A stretch of 63,816 nt of DNA, filler included, from Octopus bimaculoides (lineage: Eukaryota): assembly GCF_001194135.2 (NCBI RefSeq). It is 9 parts of 7 records of this genome, joined end to end, with 100 filler letters (N's around TTAATTAATTAA, not from the genome) between each part and the next. Parts side by side here need not be neighbours in the genome. Positions count along the whole stretch, not along the records: positions 1 to 8,282 come from NW_026380589.1; positions 8,383 to 15,393 come from NC_068988.1; 7 more parts are not named here. The stretch is one strand, 5' to 3'. The position numbers and the translations under genes were made by a program. The notes under the pieces were generated by a model that was not told where the DNA came from, ran no database searches, and was given only the letters and a program-made list of their open reading frames with translations. Position 1 is the stretch's first letter. The number at the start of each line of letters is the position of its first letter. Positions 1-12,010 of this stretch are shown piece by piece.

Positions 1-28
1 TATATATATATATATATATATATAATTT

Positions 29-138
29 ACGACGGGCTTCTTCCAGTTGTTTTCCACTCACAAGATTTTGATCAGTCAAGGGTTATAGTGGGAGACACAT
101 GTCCAAGATGGTGCGTAATAGGACTGAACTGGGAACCA
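29..138 (-). mobile_element. tRNA-derived SINE family A, 5' half (degenerate)
   Basis: Similar to the full copy at 11396-11790 (ccactcacaag...ttatagt...gacac...ccaag...ggactgaac). Confidence 0.6.
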
Positions 139-240
139 AGTTTCTTACAACACAACCGAGCTTTCGTCCTTGTGTGTGTGTGTGTGTGCATGCGTGCGTC
201 CGTCTGTATGTGTGTGAGTGTGTATGTGTGTGCGTGTGTG

Positions 241-396
241 TGTATTTACGTCCCCGTACATAGGCGGTTCGGCAGAAAGAGAACGATAGAATAAGTGCTA
301 GACTTTAAAACTAAAAAAGACCATAAGTCCTGGGATCGATTTGTACAACTGGAACTCTTCAACGCGCTGCCCCAGCATGGCCACATTCCGATGACC
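241..396 (+). mobile_element. SINE family A, 3' half
   Basis: tttacgtccccgt...gcggttcggc...gatagaataagt...aagtcctggg...cagcatggcc matches the 3' module at 11396-11580 (rc) and 62715-62915. Confidence 0.7.
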
Positions 397-1265
397 GCAA
401 TAAGCTTAAGAAAGTCAAGAAGGTAATTGCTTTCCTCCATGCCTTCACATTTTTATCCACCCTGTCACAATCACCATCCTCACATTTCTCTCTCACTGCC
501 TTTTCTCCTTCCTCTTCAGACGAGACTTGAAAAGGTTTTGGTTGAAGGCTGGAGTATGTCTGCCTGCTTCACTTTCAGAATTATTGATCTGCTCTTTACA
601 TGAAGGACAGAAGATAAAGAGCAGCGATACAACAGAAGTGTATATACATACATACATATGTATGTATTTATGCATGTATGTTATCAATCAGTTTCATTTC
701 TGTATTTCTTGTCAATAGAGAAAGAGCCGGACTCTAACATAGATTCAAGTATGTATGTATGTATGTATGTATNNNNNNNNNNNNNNNNNNNNNNNNNNNN
801 NNNNNNNNNNNNNNNNNNNNNNNNNNNNNNNNNNNNNNNNNNNNNNNNNNNNNNNNNNNNNNNNNNNNNNNNNNNNNNNNNNNNNNNNNNNNNNNNNNNN
901 NNNNNNNNNNNNNNNNNNNNNNNNNNNNNNNNNNNNNNNNNNNNNNNNNNNNNNNNNNNNNNNNNNNNNNNNNNNNNNNNNNNNNNNNNNNNNNNNNNNN
1001 NNNNNNNNNNNNNNNNNNNNNNNNNNNNNNNNNNNNNNNNNNNNNNNNNNNNNNNNNNNNNNNNNNNNNNNNNNNNNNNNNNNNNNNNNNNNNNNNNNNN
1101 NNNNNNNNNNNNNNNNNNNNNNNNNNNNNNNNNNNNNNNNNNNNNNNNNNNNNNNNNNNNNNNNNNNNNNNNNNNNNNNNNNNNNNNNNNNNNNNNNNNN
1201 NNNNNNNNNNNNNNNNNNNNNNNNNNNNNNNNNNNNNNNNNNNNNNNGTAAAGGAGTAAGAGTAT

Positions 1266-1660
1266 GTGTGTGTGCGTGAGTGTTCGCGTGTACAAGCATA
1301 CATGTATGTATGCTTGTACATACGTGCGTATGTATATACTTTTATATATATATATGTACAGATATGCGTATGGGTAAGCCAGCACATATATACGTATGTA
1401 TATACATATATATGTGTGTATGTGTGAGAGTGTGTGTGTGTGTATGTATGTATGTATTATGTAAGTGCGTGTGTGTGTATGTATGTGTGCGTGAGTGTTC
1501 GTGTGTACAAGCATACATGTATGTATGCTTGTACATACGTGCGTACGTATATACTTTTTTATATATATATATATATATGTACAGATATGTGTATGGATAA
1601 GCCAGCACATATATACGTATGTATATACATATATATGTGTGCGTGTGTGTGTGTGTGTAT
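1266..1660. repeat. Tandem duplication of a ~215 bp microsatellite-derived unit
   Basis: gtgagtgttc...gtacaagcatacatgtatgtatgcttgtac...agccagcacatatatacg occurs twice, 215 bp apart, with substitutions. Confidence 0.8.
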
Positions 1661-1955
1661 GCGTGGGGTGGAGATTAAAAATTCCTGGCAGATATCAAGT
1701 AAGCACTCAGTATAAAGGAATAAGGCTAAATTTTCATCAATCAGATGAGAGTAAATGTAAGTAATGCAGATCCCCGGTTAATCCTCTTATACGACACGTA
1801 AATCCAACAGTCCTTTTATGGAATTTTAAGAAACTCACAGTATTTAACAACGACCAATAATAATACGTACGAAGAAAATCATATCTTGATTTGAAATTAC
1901 ACTTTAAAAATCCAACAATTGTTTCAATTGCATTAACACACACACAAACTTATAC

Positions 1956-1987
<32 letters not shown>

Positions 1988-2045
1988 CCATACGGAGAGT
2001 CAATAAGAAGGAGTGAGGTTAGACAGTTATTCAATAATCAATACA

Positions 2046-2106
2046 CATGTTTGTATACAACGTAGATCTTCATTATATATGAAGATCTACGTTGTGTAGA
2101 AACATG
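2046..2106. repeat. Inverted repeat/hairpin with 28 bp arms
   Basis: catgtttgtatacaacgtagatcttcat (2046-2073) vs atgaagatctacgttgtgtagaaacatg (2079-2106); 2 mismatches, 5 nt loop. Confidence 0.9.
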
Positions 2107-2207
2107 AATTTAAATTCTAAGAGCGAACGAGACTTATATTCTACTCTGTTACGTTCCTAGCGGAATACACCTGAATTACATATACAGTAGTTCCTCGGTT
2201 TTCAAGC

Positions 2208-2241
<34 letters not shown>

Positions 2242-2689
2242 NNNNNNNNNNNNNNNNNNNNNNNNNNNNNNNNNNNNNNNNNNNNNNNNNNNNNNNNNNN
2301 NNNNNNNNNNNNNNNNNNNNNNNNNNNNNNNNNNNNNNNNNNNNNNNNNNNNNNNNNNNNNNNNNNNNNNNNNNNNNNNNNNNNNNNNNNNNNNNNNNNN
2401 NNNNNNNNNNNNNNNNNNNNNNNNNNNNNNNNNNNNNNNNNNNNNNNNNNNNNNNNNNNNNNNNNNNNNNNNNNNNNNNNNNNNNNNNNNNNNNNNNNNN
2501 NNNNNNNNNNNNNNNNNNNNNNNNNNNNNNNNNNNNNNNNNNNNNNNNNNNNNNNNNNNNNNNNNNNNNNNNNNNNNNNNNNNNNNNNNNNNNNNNNNNN
2601 NNNNNNNNNNNNNNNNNNNNNNNNNNNNNNNNNNNNNNNNNNNNNNNNNNNATGCACACACCCACACACACATATATATATATATGTAT

Positions 2690-2880
2690 GTATATATATA
2701 AAAACAAATAGTAAATGAGTATATGCATATATACGTACAGGTATGTGCATACCGACATCCACCTGTATGTATAGGTACATATCTGGGTAAAGGACATTGC
2801 AAACAAAACGTAGACGAGAAAACACACAAGCCACATAGAGAACATTCTATTTCATCAGCTACCCACGTTTTAACACCGGC
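2690..2880 (-). repeat. Dispersed repeat family P (unclassified, possibly Penelope-derived)
   Basis: Close copy at 14858-15072 sharing caggtatgtgcatac...ggacattgcaaacaaaacgtagac...gccacatagagaacatt...tcatcagctaccc...ttaacaccggcg. Confidence 0.7.
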
Positions 2881-2903
2881 GATATATATATATATATATA
2901 TAT

Positions 2904-3015
2904 ACGACGGCCTTCTTTTAGTTTCCATCTACCAAATCCACTCACAAGGGTTTGGTCAGCCCGAGCCTATAGCAGATGATACTTGACCAAGGTCTCACGC
3001 AGTGGGAATGAACCA
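2904..3015 (-). mobile_element. SINE family A, 5' half
   Basis: agtttccatctaccaaatccactcacaagg...cacgcagtggga; includes the reverse complement of the B box. Confidence 0.8.
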
Positions 3016-3528
3016 GTAATTACCAGTTATGAACATCAAGTTTCATAGTCTACCCCTATTCTGCCCCTAATAAAATTTCCCGGTATTAGTATCCTAAAGT
3101 CCCTTTGTCTGGCTCCTTTAACTGGTAATGAACATCAAGTTCAGTAGTCTACCCCAACTCTGCCTTTCTTTTCATAGTCAATTATGTCCGTCAAAGGGTC
3201 TCTTCCTTATCTCTTACATCCTTTCCTTCGGGGAAAGGAAATACCTATGCTGTTATTTATGACCACACCTAGCCACAAGCTGTTAACTTACTATCTATTC
3301 AATAGACATCATCTTCTCGTCTTTGTTTTAATAGATGATAAAGAGGTAAATTAATTATAAATGAGTCACAGCCATATAATACCCATTTGCTCCAGCATAT
3401 CCTAAGAAATTGTAGTCAACTCTTAGACACTGCTATAAATACGATAACATGATTTCCCCTATCTTTTTACTCTGTTAAAATATCTAAGAAAAATTATATT
3501 AATGTGACCTACTTGTTAAGTATTTGTA

Positions 3529-3612
3529 CAGCTGAAGATAGCTCTGCATTTAAATTGATGTAATGATTACATTATTCAATTAAATGGAGTCGCTTGAAAC
3601 GGTCGTACTGCA
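3529..3612 (+). ncRNA. Type I hammerhead ribozyme motif with long stem II (probable Penelope pLTR remnant)
   Basis: CAG-CTGAAGA(3532-38)...AGC/GCT stem II...GAAA(3596-99); near-palindromic stem III ACGGTCGT; A17=3607; CTG pairs with CAG. Confidence 0.75.
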
Positions 3613-4620
3613 TCACTACTTGATATNNNNNNNNNNNNNNNNNNNNNNNNNNNNNNNNNNNNNNNNNNNNNNNNNNNNNNNNNNNNNNNNNNNNNNNNNN
3701 NNNNNNNNNNNNNNNNNNNNNNNNNNNNNNNNNNNNNNNNNNNNNNNNNNNNNNNNNNNNNNNNNNNNNNNNNNNNNNNNNNNNNNNNNNNNNNNNNNNN
3801 NNNNNNNNNNNNNNNNNNNNNNNNNNNNNNNNNNNNNNNNNNNNNNNNNNNNNNNNNNNNNNNNNNNNNNNNNNNNNNNNNNNNNNNNNNNNNNNNNNNN
3901 NNNNNNNNNNNNNNNNNNNNNNNNNNNNNNNNNNNNNNNNNNNNNNNNNNNNNNNNNNNNNNNNNNNNNNNNNNNNNNNNNNNNNNNNNNNNNNNNNNNN
4001 NNNNNNNNNNNNNNNNNNNNNNNNNNNNNNNNNNNNNNNNNNNNNNNNNNNNNNNNNNNNNNNNNNNNNNNNNNNNNNNNNNNNNNNNNNNNNNNNNNNN
4101 NNNNNNNNNNNNNNNNNNNNNNNNNNNNNNNNNNNNNNNNNNNNNNNNNNNNNNNNNNNNNNNNNNNNNNNNNNNNNNNNNNNNNNNNNNNNNNNNNNNN
4201 NNNNNNNNNNNNNNNNNNNNNNNNNNNNNNNNNNNNNNNNNNNNNNNNNNNNNNNNNNNNNNNNNNNNNNNNNNNNNNNNNNNNNNNNNNNNNNNNNNNN
4301 NNNNNNNNNNNNNNNNNNNNNNNNNNNNNNNNNNNNNNNNNNNNNNNNNNNNNNNNNNNNNNNNNNNNNNNNNNNNNNNNNNNNNNNNNNNNNNNNNNNN
4401 NNNNNNNNNNNNNNNNNNNNNNNNNNNNNNNNNNNNNNNNNNNNNNNNNNNNNNNNNNNNNNNNNNNNNNNNNNNNTAGTCCTTTCAACCTTCAGACAAA
4501 ATACACTTTTGTATATGTGCATATATACATACATACATATATACATACATACGTATACACATATACGTACATATACATATATACATACATATACACATAC
4601 TTACATACGTATGTATGTGT

Positions 4621-4687
<67 letters not shown>

Positions 4688-4893
4688 TTTTTGAAGAAAA
4701 GCAACAAAAATGTATTAGGTTATGGCAGTACGTACGTTTCGTACAAGCTTCATTTATTTATGTAGTGAGAACACCACATAAGATGTGCAATGAAAATGTA
4801 CTCCTCAGCTGCATAATGGAAGTTCATTTCAGAAAGTCATTTTGAAAATGTGTGTAAATACATGAGTAGGAGATGAAGAGAATACCATCTTGA

Positions 4894-4940
4894 CTGGGCT
4901 GTTAATCAACAGTCTACTAAACTGTTGATTAACAGCCCAG
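4894..4940. repeat. Perfect 20 bp inverted repeat, 7 nt loop
   Basis: ctgggctgttaatcaacagt / actgttgattaacagcccag. Confidence 0.95.
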
Positions 4941-5440
4941 ATTTCTCAATAGTTCAGCATAGGTGTTCTCTTTTTCACTGATCTTCCGCTTTGTGCTAAC
5001 ATCCACTGGGCAGCTGATTTCCACAAGTGTACTCAGTTTCTCTTCTCTGTCCCAAATCATTATATCAGGTCTGTTGTGCTTACCTTTTATTGAGGTCTTC
5101 ACTGGGACATTCCACCAGTACCCCTTTTTATTATGAATGGTTATGACTTCTACCATACTGCGGATTCTTATTTCTCTGTCCTTGGACTTAACCTTTTGAC
5201 GAATTATATAGTGTCCTAGCTACAACATCATGTCTCATCAGTAGATAATAGTGTGATGGCATTTTCGGACAACTGCATCTGATGTAGGTGATATCCACAA
5301 ACTCTGCATTGGTTGTCTAATTTTACTGATTTTACTGCATCTCTGTCTCTTTTGGGCTTCAGGTATTTGGTTGATATTTCCTGTTCCTGGGTTGCAAACG
5401 CATACCCTTCAAAGTGAGAGGTAGTAATCCGGTTATTGGT
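4929..5440 (-). pseudogene. Fragment of an RLE-type non-LTR retrotransposon ORF (R4/Dong or HERO/NeSL-like): zinc knuckle plus restriction-like endonuclease
   Basis: Minus-strand translation with frameshifts: EGYAFATQEQEISTKYL, CRVC..DITYIRCSCPKM..RHDVVA, then HNRPDIMIWDREEK..LVEISCP..EKENTYAELL (RH-D and PD..D..E..K..Y motifs of RLE elements). Confidence 0.85.
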
Positions 5441-6159
5441 TCAAGATCGACGGCTTTGATGATAATCTCGAAGCTCTCTACCAACATGTCCATGCATGGA
5501 CTTCTGCTCATATACGCTCATCCTTTCATCTGACGAGACGTTTCGGTAGAGTCGTGCGACTTCTTTGGGCATGTATGTATGTACTACGTACGTACGTACG
5601 TACGTATGTATATTAAAAACAGAGAATGAACAAGCAAAACATGCAACCACTTTCATTTATAATTCATAATTTACACATAGTGTAAGGTAGTTATAGTAAA
5701 TCCGTAAAATCTCTGACAGCTATTTCTAGAATAGCTACGACATGTTGATTTTATATTACTGAGAACAGAACTCCATGTCGGCTAGGTATTGTTTCATCGG
5801 AGAGAGTAAAATAAGGAATATCCTTAATCCAGGATATTATTAGTCACCATTTCATTGAGGGATTAAGGAATTAAGGAGCGTCCAAAATAAAAGATGATAT
5901 TGTTTGATAAATCCATAATCAAAAGATTAAGCTGTCTCGATAGTAAAAGATAGTATCTGTTATGTATATGTATGTGTATATGTGTGTATGTTTGTATGTA
6001 TGTACGTATATATGTATGATTGTACTATGTGTGTATGTCTTATGTGTGTATGTATATTTGTATGTATGTATGTATGCATGTGTCTATGTATGTCTGTATG
6101 TATGTATAAATGTATATATGCAATTATTTGTGTATGCATCCATCTATCTATGTATGTCC

Positions 6160-6420
6160 TTATTCAGTTTTATATCTTGTCAACAGAAAAATAGCCGGTT
6201 TCTAACCTAGATTTAAGGCTCCTTCATTGGCATTTCAACATCACCAACAACAGGGTATGTACGTATGTACGTATGTAATTACTTGTGTATATATATATAT
6301 ATATAGGTATATATGTATATTGTTTGTTATCGTTCAGTTTTATTTCAAGATCGCTTGCCAATAGAGAAAGGACCTATTTCTAACCTAAATTCAAGGCTCT
6401 TTCATTAGAATTTCACAGGT
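6160..6420 (+). repeat. Short dispersed repeat, two copies here and a third at ~690-750
   Basis: Shared tcttg(t/c)caa(c/t)aga(a/g)aaa...ttctaacctagatt..aaggctc.ttcatt. Confidence 0.5.
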
Positions 6421-6659
6421 TGCACATATTCTGTTGTGAACAATGGCCATGTCACAATTTGCAATGGGTTGATTCTTGTGAATTCTCTGATGGCTGATCA
6501 AGCCCGCACGATTCAAGTATTTCTGGCCACAAATCACACAAGTAAAAAAGCAACACTTCCCTCATTTTCTACAAGATCTTTCAAGTCCTTCTCATAATCT
6601 TTCCGTGCTTCATTTTCTCTTTTAAACCTCGAACAACTACTGTGCGCTCTCTTCCGCCA

Positions 6660-6691
<32 letters not shown>

Positions 6692-7405
6692 NNNNNNNNN
6701 NNNNNNNNNNNNNNNNNNNNNNNNNNNNNNNNNNNNNNNNNNNNNNNNNNNNNNNNNNNNNNNNNNNNNNNNNNNNNNNNNNNNNNNNNNNNNNNNNNNN
6801 NNNNNNNNNNNNNNNNNNNNNNNNNNNNNNNNNNNNNNNNNNNNNNNNNNNNNNNNNNNNNNNNNNNNNNNNNNNNNNNNNNNNNNNNNNNNNNNNNNNN
6901 NNNNNNNNNNNNNNNNNNNNNNNNNNNNNNNNNNNNNNNNNNNNNNNNNNNNNNNNNNNNNNNNNNNNNNNNNNNNNNNNNNNNNNNNNNNNNNNNNNNN
7001 NNNNNNNNNNNNNNNNNNNNNNNNNNNNNNNNNNNNNNNNNNNNNNNNNNNNNNNNNNNNNNNNNNNNNNNNNNNNNNNNNNNNNNNNNNNNNNNNNNNN
7101 NNNNNNNNNNNNNNNNNNNNNNNNNNNNNNNNNNNNNNNNNNNNNNNNNNNNNNNNNNNNNNNNNNNNNNNNNNNNNNNNNNNNNNNNNNNNNNNNNNNN
7201 NNNNNNNNNNNNNNNNNNNNNNNNNNNNNNNNNNNNNNNNNNNNNNNNNNNNNNNNNNNNNNNNNNNNNNNNNNNNNNNNNNNNNNNNNNNNNNNNNNNN
7301 NNNNNNNNNNNNNNNNNNNNNNNNNNNNNNNNNNNNNNNNNNNNNNNNNNNNNNNNNNNNNNNNNNNNNNNNNNNNNNNNNNNNNNNNNNNNNNNNNNNN
7401 NNNNN

Positions 7406-7468
<63 letters not shown>

Positions 7469-7628
7469 TTTATGTGTTTATATATATGGATATATATACA
7501 TATATACATACATATATATATATACATATGCATATATATACATATATACATATATATATACGTATAATAATAATACATAATTATACATATATATACATAC
7601 ATATAACATATATATATATACATGTAAC

Positions 7629-7666
<38 letters not shown>

Positions 7667-8014
7667 ATACATAGATATATATAAACAGCGGCCAGCAATA
7701 AATGTGACACGAGATTTGAAATTCGTGCTTGGCACTTATTGAATTACTCTTAACTCTGGAACATCGATTCATATCCAGCATGAATTACGATTCTGTCTGG
7801 ATGGCTCGATTAAAAGTTAGCAAATGGAACATCACGTGCAAAGTGCATAGTTTGAAATTGCTCCACGTCCCCTAAACACGAAATACTGTCGAGAGAAGAT
7901 AAAGTGGAGTTATACAAACCTTCGCACATACACACAGCACATACACAAAAACACACCCACGCTTATATGCATTTATCAGTCAATAGATCAATCTATGAAA
8001 CCATCATCCATCTA

Positions 8015-8282
8015 TCTCTTCTCCTCCCTTTCTCTCTCACCTTCTCTCTTATCTCTCTCTCTCTCTCTCCCTCTCACCTTCTCTCTTATCTCTCTCTCTC
8101 TCTCTCTCCCTCTCACCTTCTCTCTTATCTCTCTCTCTCCCTCTCTCCCTCTCACCTTCTCTCTTATCTCTCTCTCTCTCTCTCTCCCTCTCACCTTCTC
8201 TCTTATCTCTCTCTCCCTCTCACCTTCTCTCTTATCTCTCTCTCCCTCTCACCTTCTCTCTTATCTCTCTCTCCCTCTCACC
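8015..8282. repeat. CT-rich minisatellite, unit ctctcaccttctctcttat(ct)n
   Basis: About seven copies of a fixed core separated by variable (CT)n; runs into a gap. Confidence 0.9.
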
Positions 8283-8326
8283 NNNNNNNNNNNNNNNNNN
8301 NNNNNNNNNNNNNNNNNNNNNNNNNN

Positions 8327-8338
8327 TTAATTAATTAA
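8327..8338. other. Assembly linker TTAATTAATTAA within N44-12-N44 gap (also 15438, 28970, 33840, 37787, 45775, 56758, 62615)
   Basis: Identical 12-mer with stop codons in all six frames, centred in N blocks eight times (44 N on each side where counted). Confidence 0.95.
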
Positions 8339-8541
8339 NNNNNNNNNNNNNNNNNNNNNNNNNNNNNNNNNNNNNNNNNNNNTATATATATATATATTTA
8401 CAGATATATATATATATACATATATATAAAATAAATTAAGGTGACTATTCGCAATTTTTAACTGAATGACAAAAGTATATTCGTTTCTAAGGTTACTGAG
8501 GATGCTAACCAGCACCAGCATTGCTAGAAATAAGAGTGCAC

Positions 8542-8716
<175 letters not shown>

Positions 8717-8769
8717 TACTAATATATTACTGTACACTGCATATTAATTCTATGTCAATCACAGAATTT

Positions 8770-9756
8770 AACTCTCCATATATTGCTGACATCATCAAGT
8801 ACAACAACATAAAGATTCTTTGCAGATGATTCCAAGCTCCAGAATCTCATCAATGAAGTGAGTGACCGGACATGCCTTCAGTCAGACTTACTGGCTGTCA
8901 CCGAATTGGCGGGAAGGAACAATATGCTGCTGAACGAGGACAAATTCGAGTTAATCCACTTCGGTAAAAAGGATACCCTAAAACTCTCATACTCTCTTCC
9001 TTCAGGTGAAACTCCCATGGCATCCAACAACATCAAAGACCTGGGAGTAATTGTGGACAAAAACATAAGCTGGGACGCTCATATAAACAGCAAAGTTGAC
9101 ATGGCCCGCTGAATGTGTTCCTGGATTCTCAGTACTTTTCAGTCGAGAGACATCCACACCATTATCCTTCTCTTCTCCACTTTTGCCCGATCCCACCTTG
9201 AATACTGCTGGTCACTGTGGTCTCCCCACACGAAACGAAGTACCATGAAAGTTGAAGCACCTCAAAGGTCAATTACAAAAAAGATATATGTCATGACATG
9301 CCTTGACTATGGGGATCGACTAGAAAAGCTCAAGCTTTATTCACCCCAACCTCGCCATGAGTGCTACATCATCTGCATTATGTGGAAAATATTCCATCAG
9401 CAGTGTTCAAATGATGTTGGCATCACCTTTAAGATACACCCTAGGCTTGTGTCCTTTGCTATCCGCCCACAACGTAGATCGCATTCGCATCTCACAACAA
9501 CAATACGGCACAGTTACACTAAAACACATTAAAGCAGAAATAGACTCCATAAAGTTCAAGAAGTCTTTGGACAAATACCTTCAAGAAATCCCAGATGAAC
9601 CTCCTACAACCGGATGTGTCTCCGTAAACTATAACTCTCTACTTGAGTGGGCCATATTGTCCGAATCCTGATTTCGATGACTCTGCCAGGTGGTGCTATT
9701 AATTTAGACATGGCCTGGGCCAATACAGGCCGAAACCTATCAAAGTATCAAAGTAT
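8770..9756 (+). mobile_element. 5'-truncated CR1/L2-group LINE: RT C-terminal part, 3' UTR and tail
   Basis: FADDSKL (8819-8839), NEDKFELIHFG, KDLGVIVD, RSHLEYCWSLWSPH, QRSITKKI, RLEKLKLYS; stops and frameshifts; 3' stem-loop and (ATCAAAGT)-type tail. Confidence 0.9.
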
Positions 9757-9772
9757 ATACACATATACATGT

Positions 9773-9810
<38 letters not shown>

Positions 9811-10301
9811 AATTATATATGTATTTTTATGTGTGTGCACGCACTTTTGTGTGTGTGTATCTATAGATATATTCCTATGTGCGCGCGTTTGTGTGTATGT
9901 ATGTATGTATGATAACAGAAGCGGCAACAGGGAGTCGAAAAAAAGAAGTATTGTGTATAGGAGGGGGAAGAGAAGGAGGTCGAGAAGAAGAACGAGAAGG
10001 AGGAGGAAGAAATGGTGGTGGTGGTAAACTCAACAGTGGGCGGAGGCGTTCTGCCTGTCTTCTGGGTGGGCAGAAGCCAGCTGGAAGAGGGAGTGTAAGA
10101 CTCAGCGTGAGGTTTCTCAAACCCTCGTTCTGATTAAGCTTTCTTTCTCACATCACTTCAGATAATCCGGGGAATAACAGGGAAATAATAAACAAAATAA
10201 TCCTTTTTTTGTTTTTTTGTATTATTTGTTTCGGAAGTATTCTTTCTTTTCTATGTCACATTGCATTTCTGTCTGTAAGTCAAGTGGATTGAAACTCCTC
10301 C

Positions 10302-10375
<74 letters not shown>

Positions 10376-11214
10376 NNNNNNNNNNNNNNNNNNNNNNNNN
10401 NNNNNNNNNNNNNNNNNNNNNNNNNNNNNNNNNNNNNNNNNNNNNNNNNNNNNNNNNNNNNNNNNNNNNNNNNNNNNNNNNNNNNNNNNNNNNNNNNNNN
10501 NNNNNNNNNNNNNNNNNNNNNNNNNNNNNNNNNNNNNNNNNNNNNNNNNNNNNNNNNNNNNNNNNNNNNNNNNNNNNNNNNNNNNNNNNNNNNNNNNNNN
10601 NNNNNNNNNNNNNNNNNNNNNNNNNNNNNNNNNNNNNNNNNNNNNNNNNNNNNNNNNNNNNNNNNNNNNNNNNNNNNNNNNNNNNNNNNNNNNNNNNNNN
10701 NNNNNNNNNNNNNNNNNNNNNNNNNNNNNNNNNNNNNNNNNNNNNNNNNNNNNNNNNNNNNNNNNNNNNNNNNNNNNNNNNNNNNNNNNNNNNNNNNNNN
10801 NNNNNNNNNNNNNNNNNNNNNNNNNNNNNNNNNNNNNNNNNNNNNNNNNNNNNNNNNNNNNNNNNNNNNNNNNNNNNNNNNNNNNNNNNNNNNNNNNNNN
10901 NNNNNNNNNNGTATGTGTGAGAAACAGAATGTATATGTGAAAGAAAGCGGATATATTGCGGACTTCCGTTCATTACTGACTTATACATGCAAGCATACAT
11001 ACATACATACATACATATTCATATCTATATATGCATATATAACATATATATACACACATGTATGTATACATATAAACATATACACACACACATACACATA
11101 TATGCACATACATACATACATGCATATATCTATATATGTAATATAAACAATATATATATATGCATATATACATACGTATATGTACATACTTACATATATA
11201 CGTATATACATATG

Positions 11215-11375
11215 CATATGTGGGCACAGGATGTCACAGAACGTAAGCAACATAAAATACGAAAACATGAGATACGAAATACGAATACATGGAATATGAA
11301 CTCTTTTTCCAAACAACGAAAGAAACAAATGGAAAACAAGACAAGCAACATAACGAACAACCCTTCATCAGTTGT
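11215..11375 (-). repeat. Family P-related dispersed repeat (similar segment at 11825-11975)
   Basis: Shared g(g/t)acagga and cccttcatcag(c/t)tgtc motifs with 2690-2880 and 14858-15072. Confidence 0.45.
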
Positions 11376-11395
11376 CGACTGTTTTTCTAATCCTC

Positions 11396-11790
11396 TTTTA
11401 TGTTTCAGCCATTTGACTGCGGTCATGTTGGAGCACTGCCTTTAGTCGAACAAATCGACCCCCACGACTTATTCTTTCTAAGCCTAGTACTTATCCTATC
11501 GGTTTCTTTTTGCCGAACCGCTAGGTTACGGTGATGTAAACACACCAACATCGGTTGTCAAACGATGGTGGGGGTACAAACACAGACACACAAACATACA
11601 CACACGCACACACGCACACATATACACGTCAGGCTTCTTTCAGTTTCCATCTACCAAATCCACTCACAAGGCTTTAGTCGGCCCAAGGCAATAGTAAAAG
11701 ACACTTGCCCAAGGTGCCACGCAGTGGGACTGAACCCGGAACCATGTGGCTGATAAGCAAGCTACTTACCACACAGCCATACCTGTGCCT
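11396..11790 (-). mobile_element. Near full-length tRNA-derived SINE family A (CORE-like) with internal (GT)n
   Basis: Minus strand begins AGGCACAGGTATGGCTGTGTGG (A box), GGGTTCAGTCCC (B box), CACCTTGGGCAAGTG (CORE-like), central microsatellite, 3' module. Confidence 0.9.
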
Positions 11791-11978
11791 ACGTATATAT
11801 ATATATATATNNNNNNNNNNCATACTTACATCTACATGTGTATATACATGCATATCAGGGTACAGGACGTTAGAACAATAAACTACAGACAACGGAACGA
11901 ACACATAGGAAAACGGAAAGCCCCTTGGAATATCCCTTCATCAGCTGTCTCTATTCTATCTAGACGTTTCGAAGACCA

Positions 11979-12010
<32 letters not shown>

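Noticed and set aside
5520-5572. Minus-strand CGAAACGTC with an upstream AGTCG/CGACT hairpin
   Set aside because: No CUGANGA and no stem I on that strand; the plus-strand CTGACGA has no GAAA partner.
8015-8282. Repeat-spacer pattern superficially like CRISPR
   Set aside because: Spacers are only (CT)n, there are no cas genes, and the context is eukaryotic.
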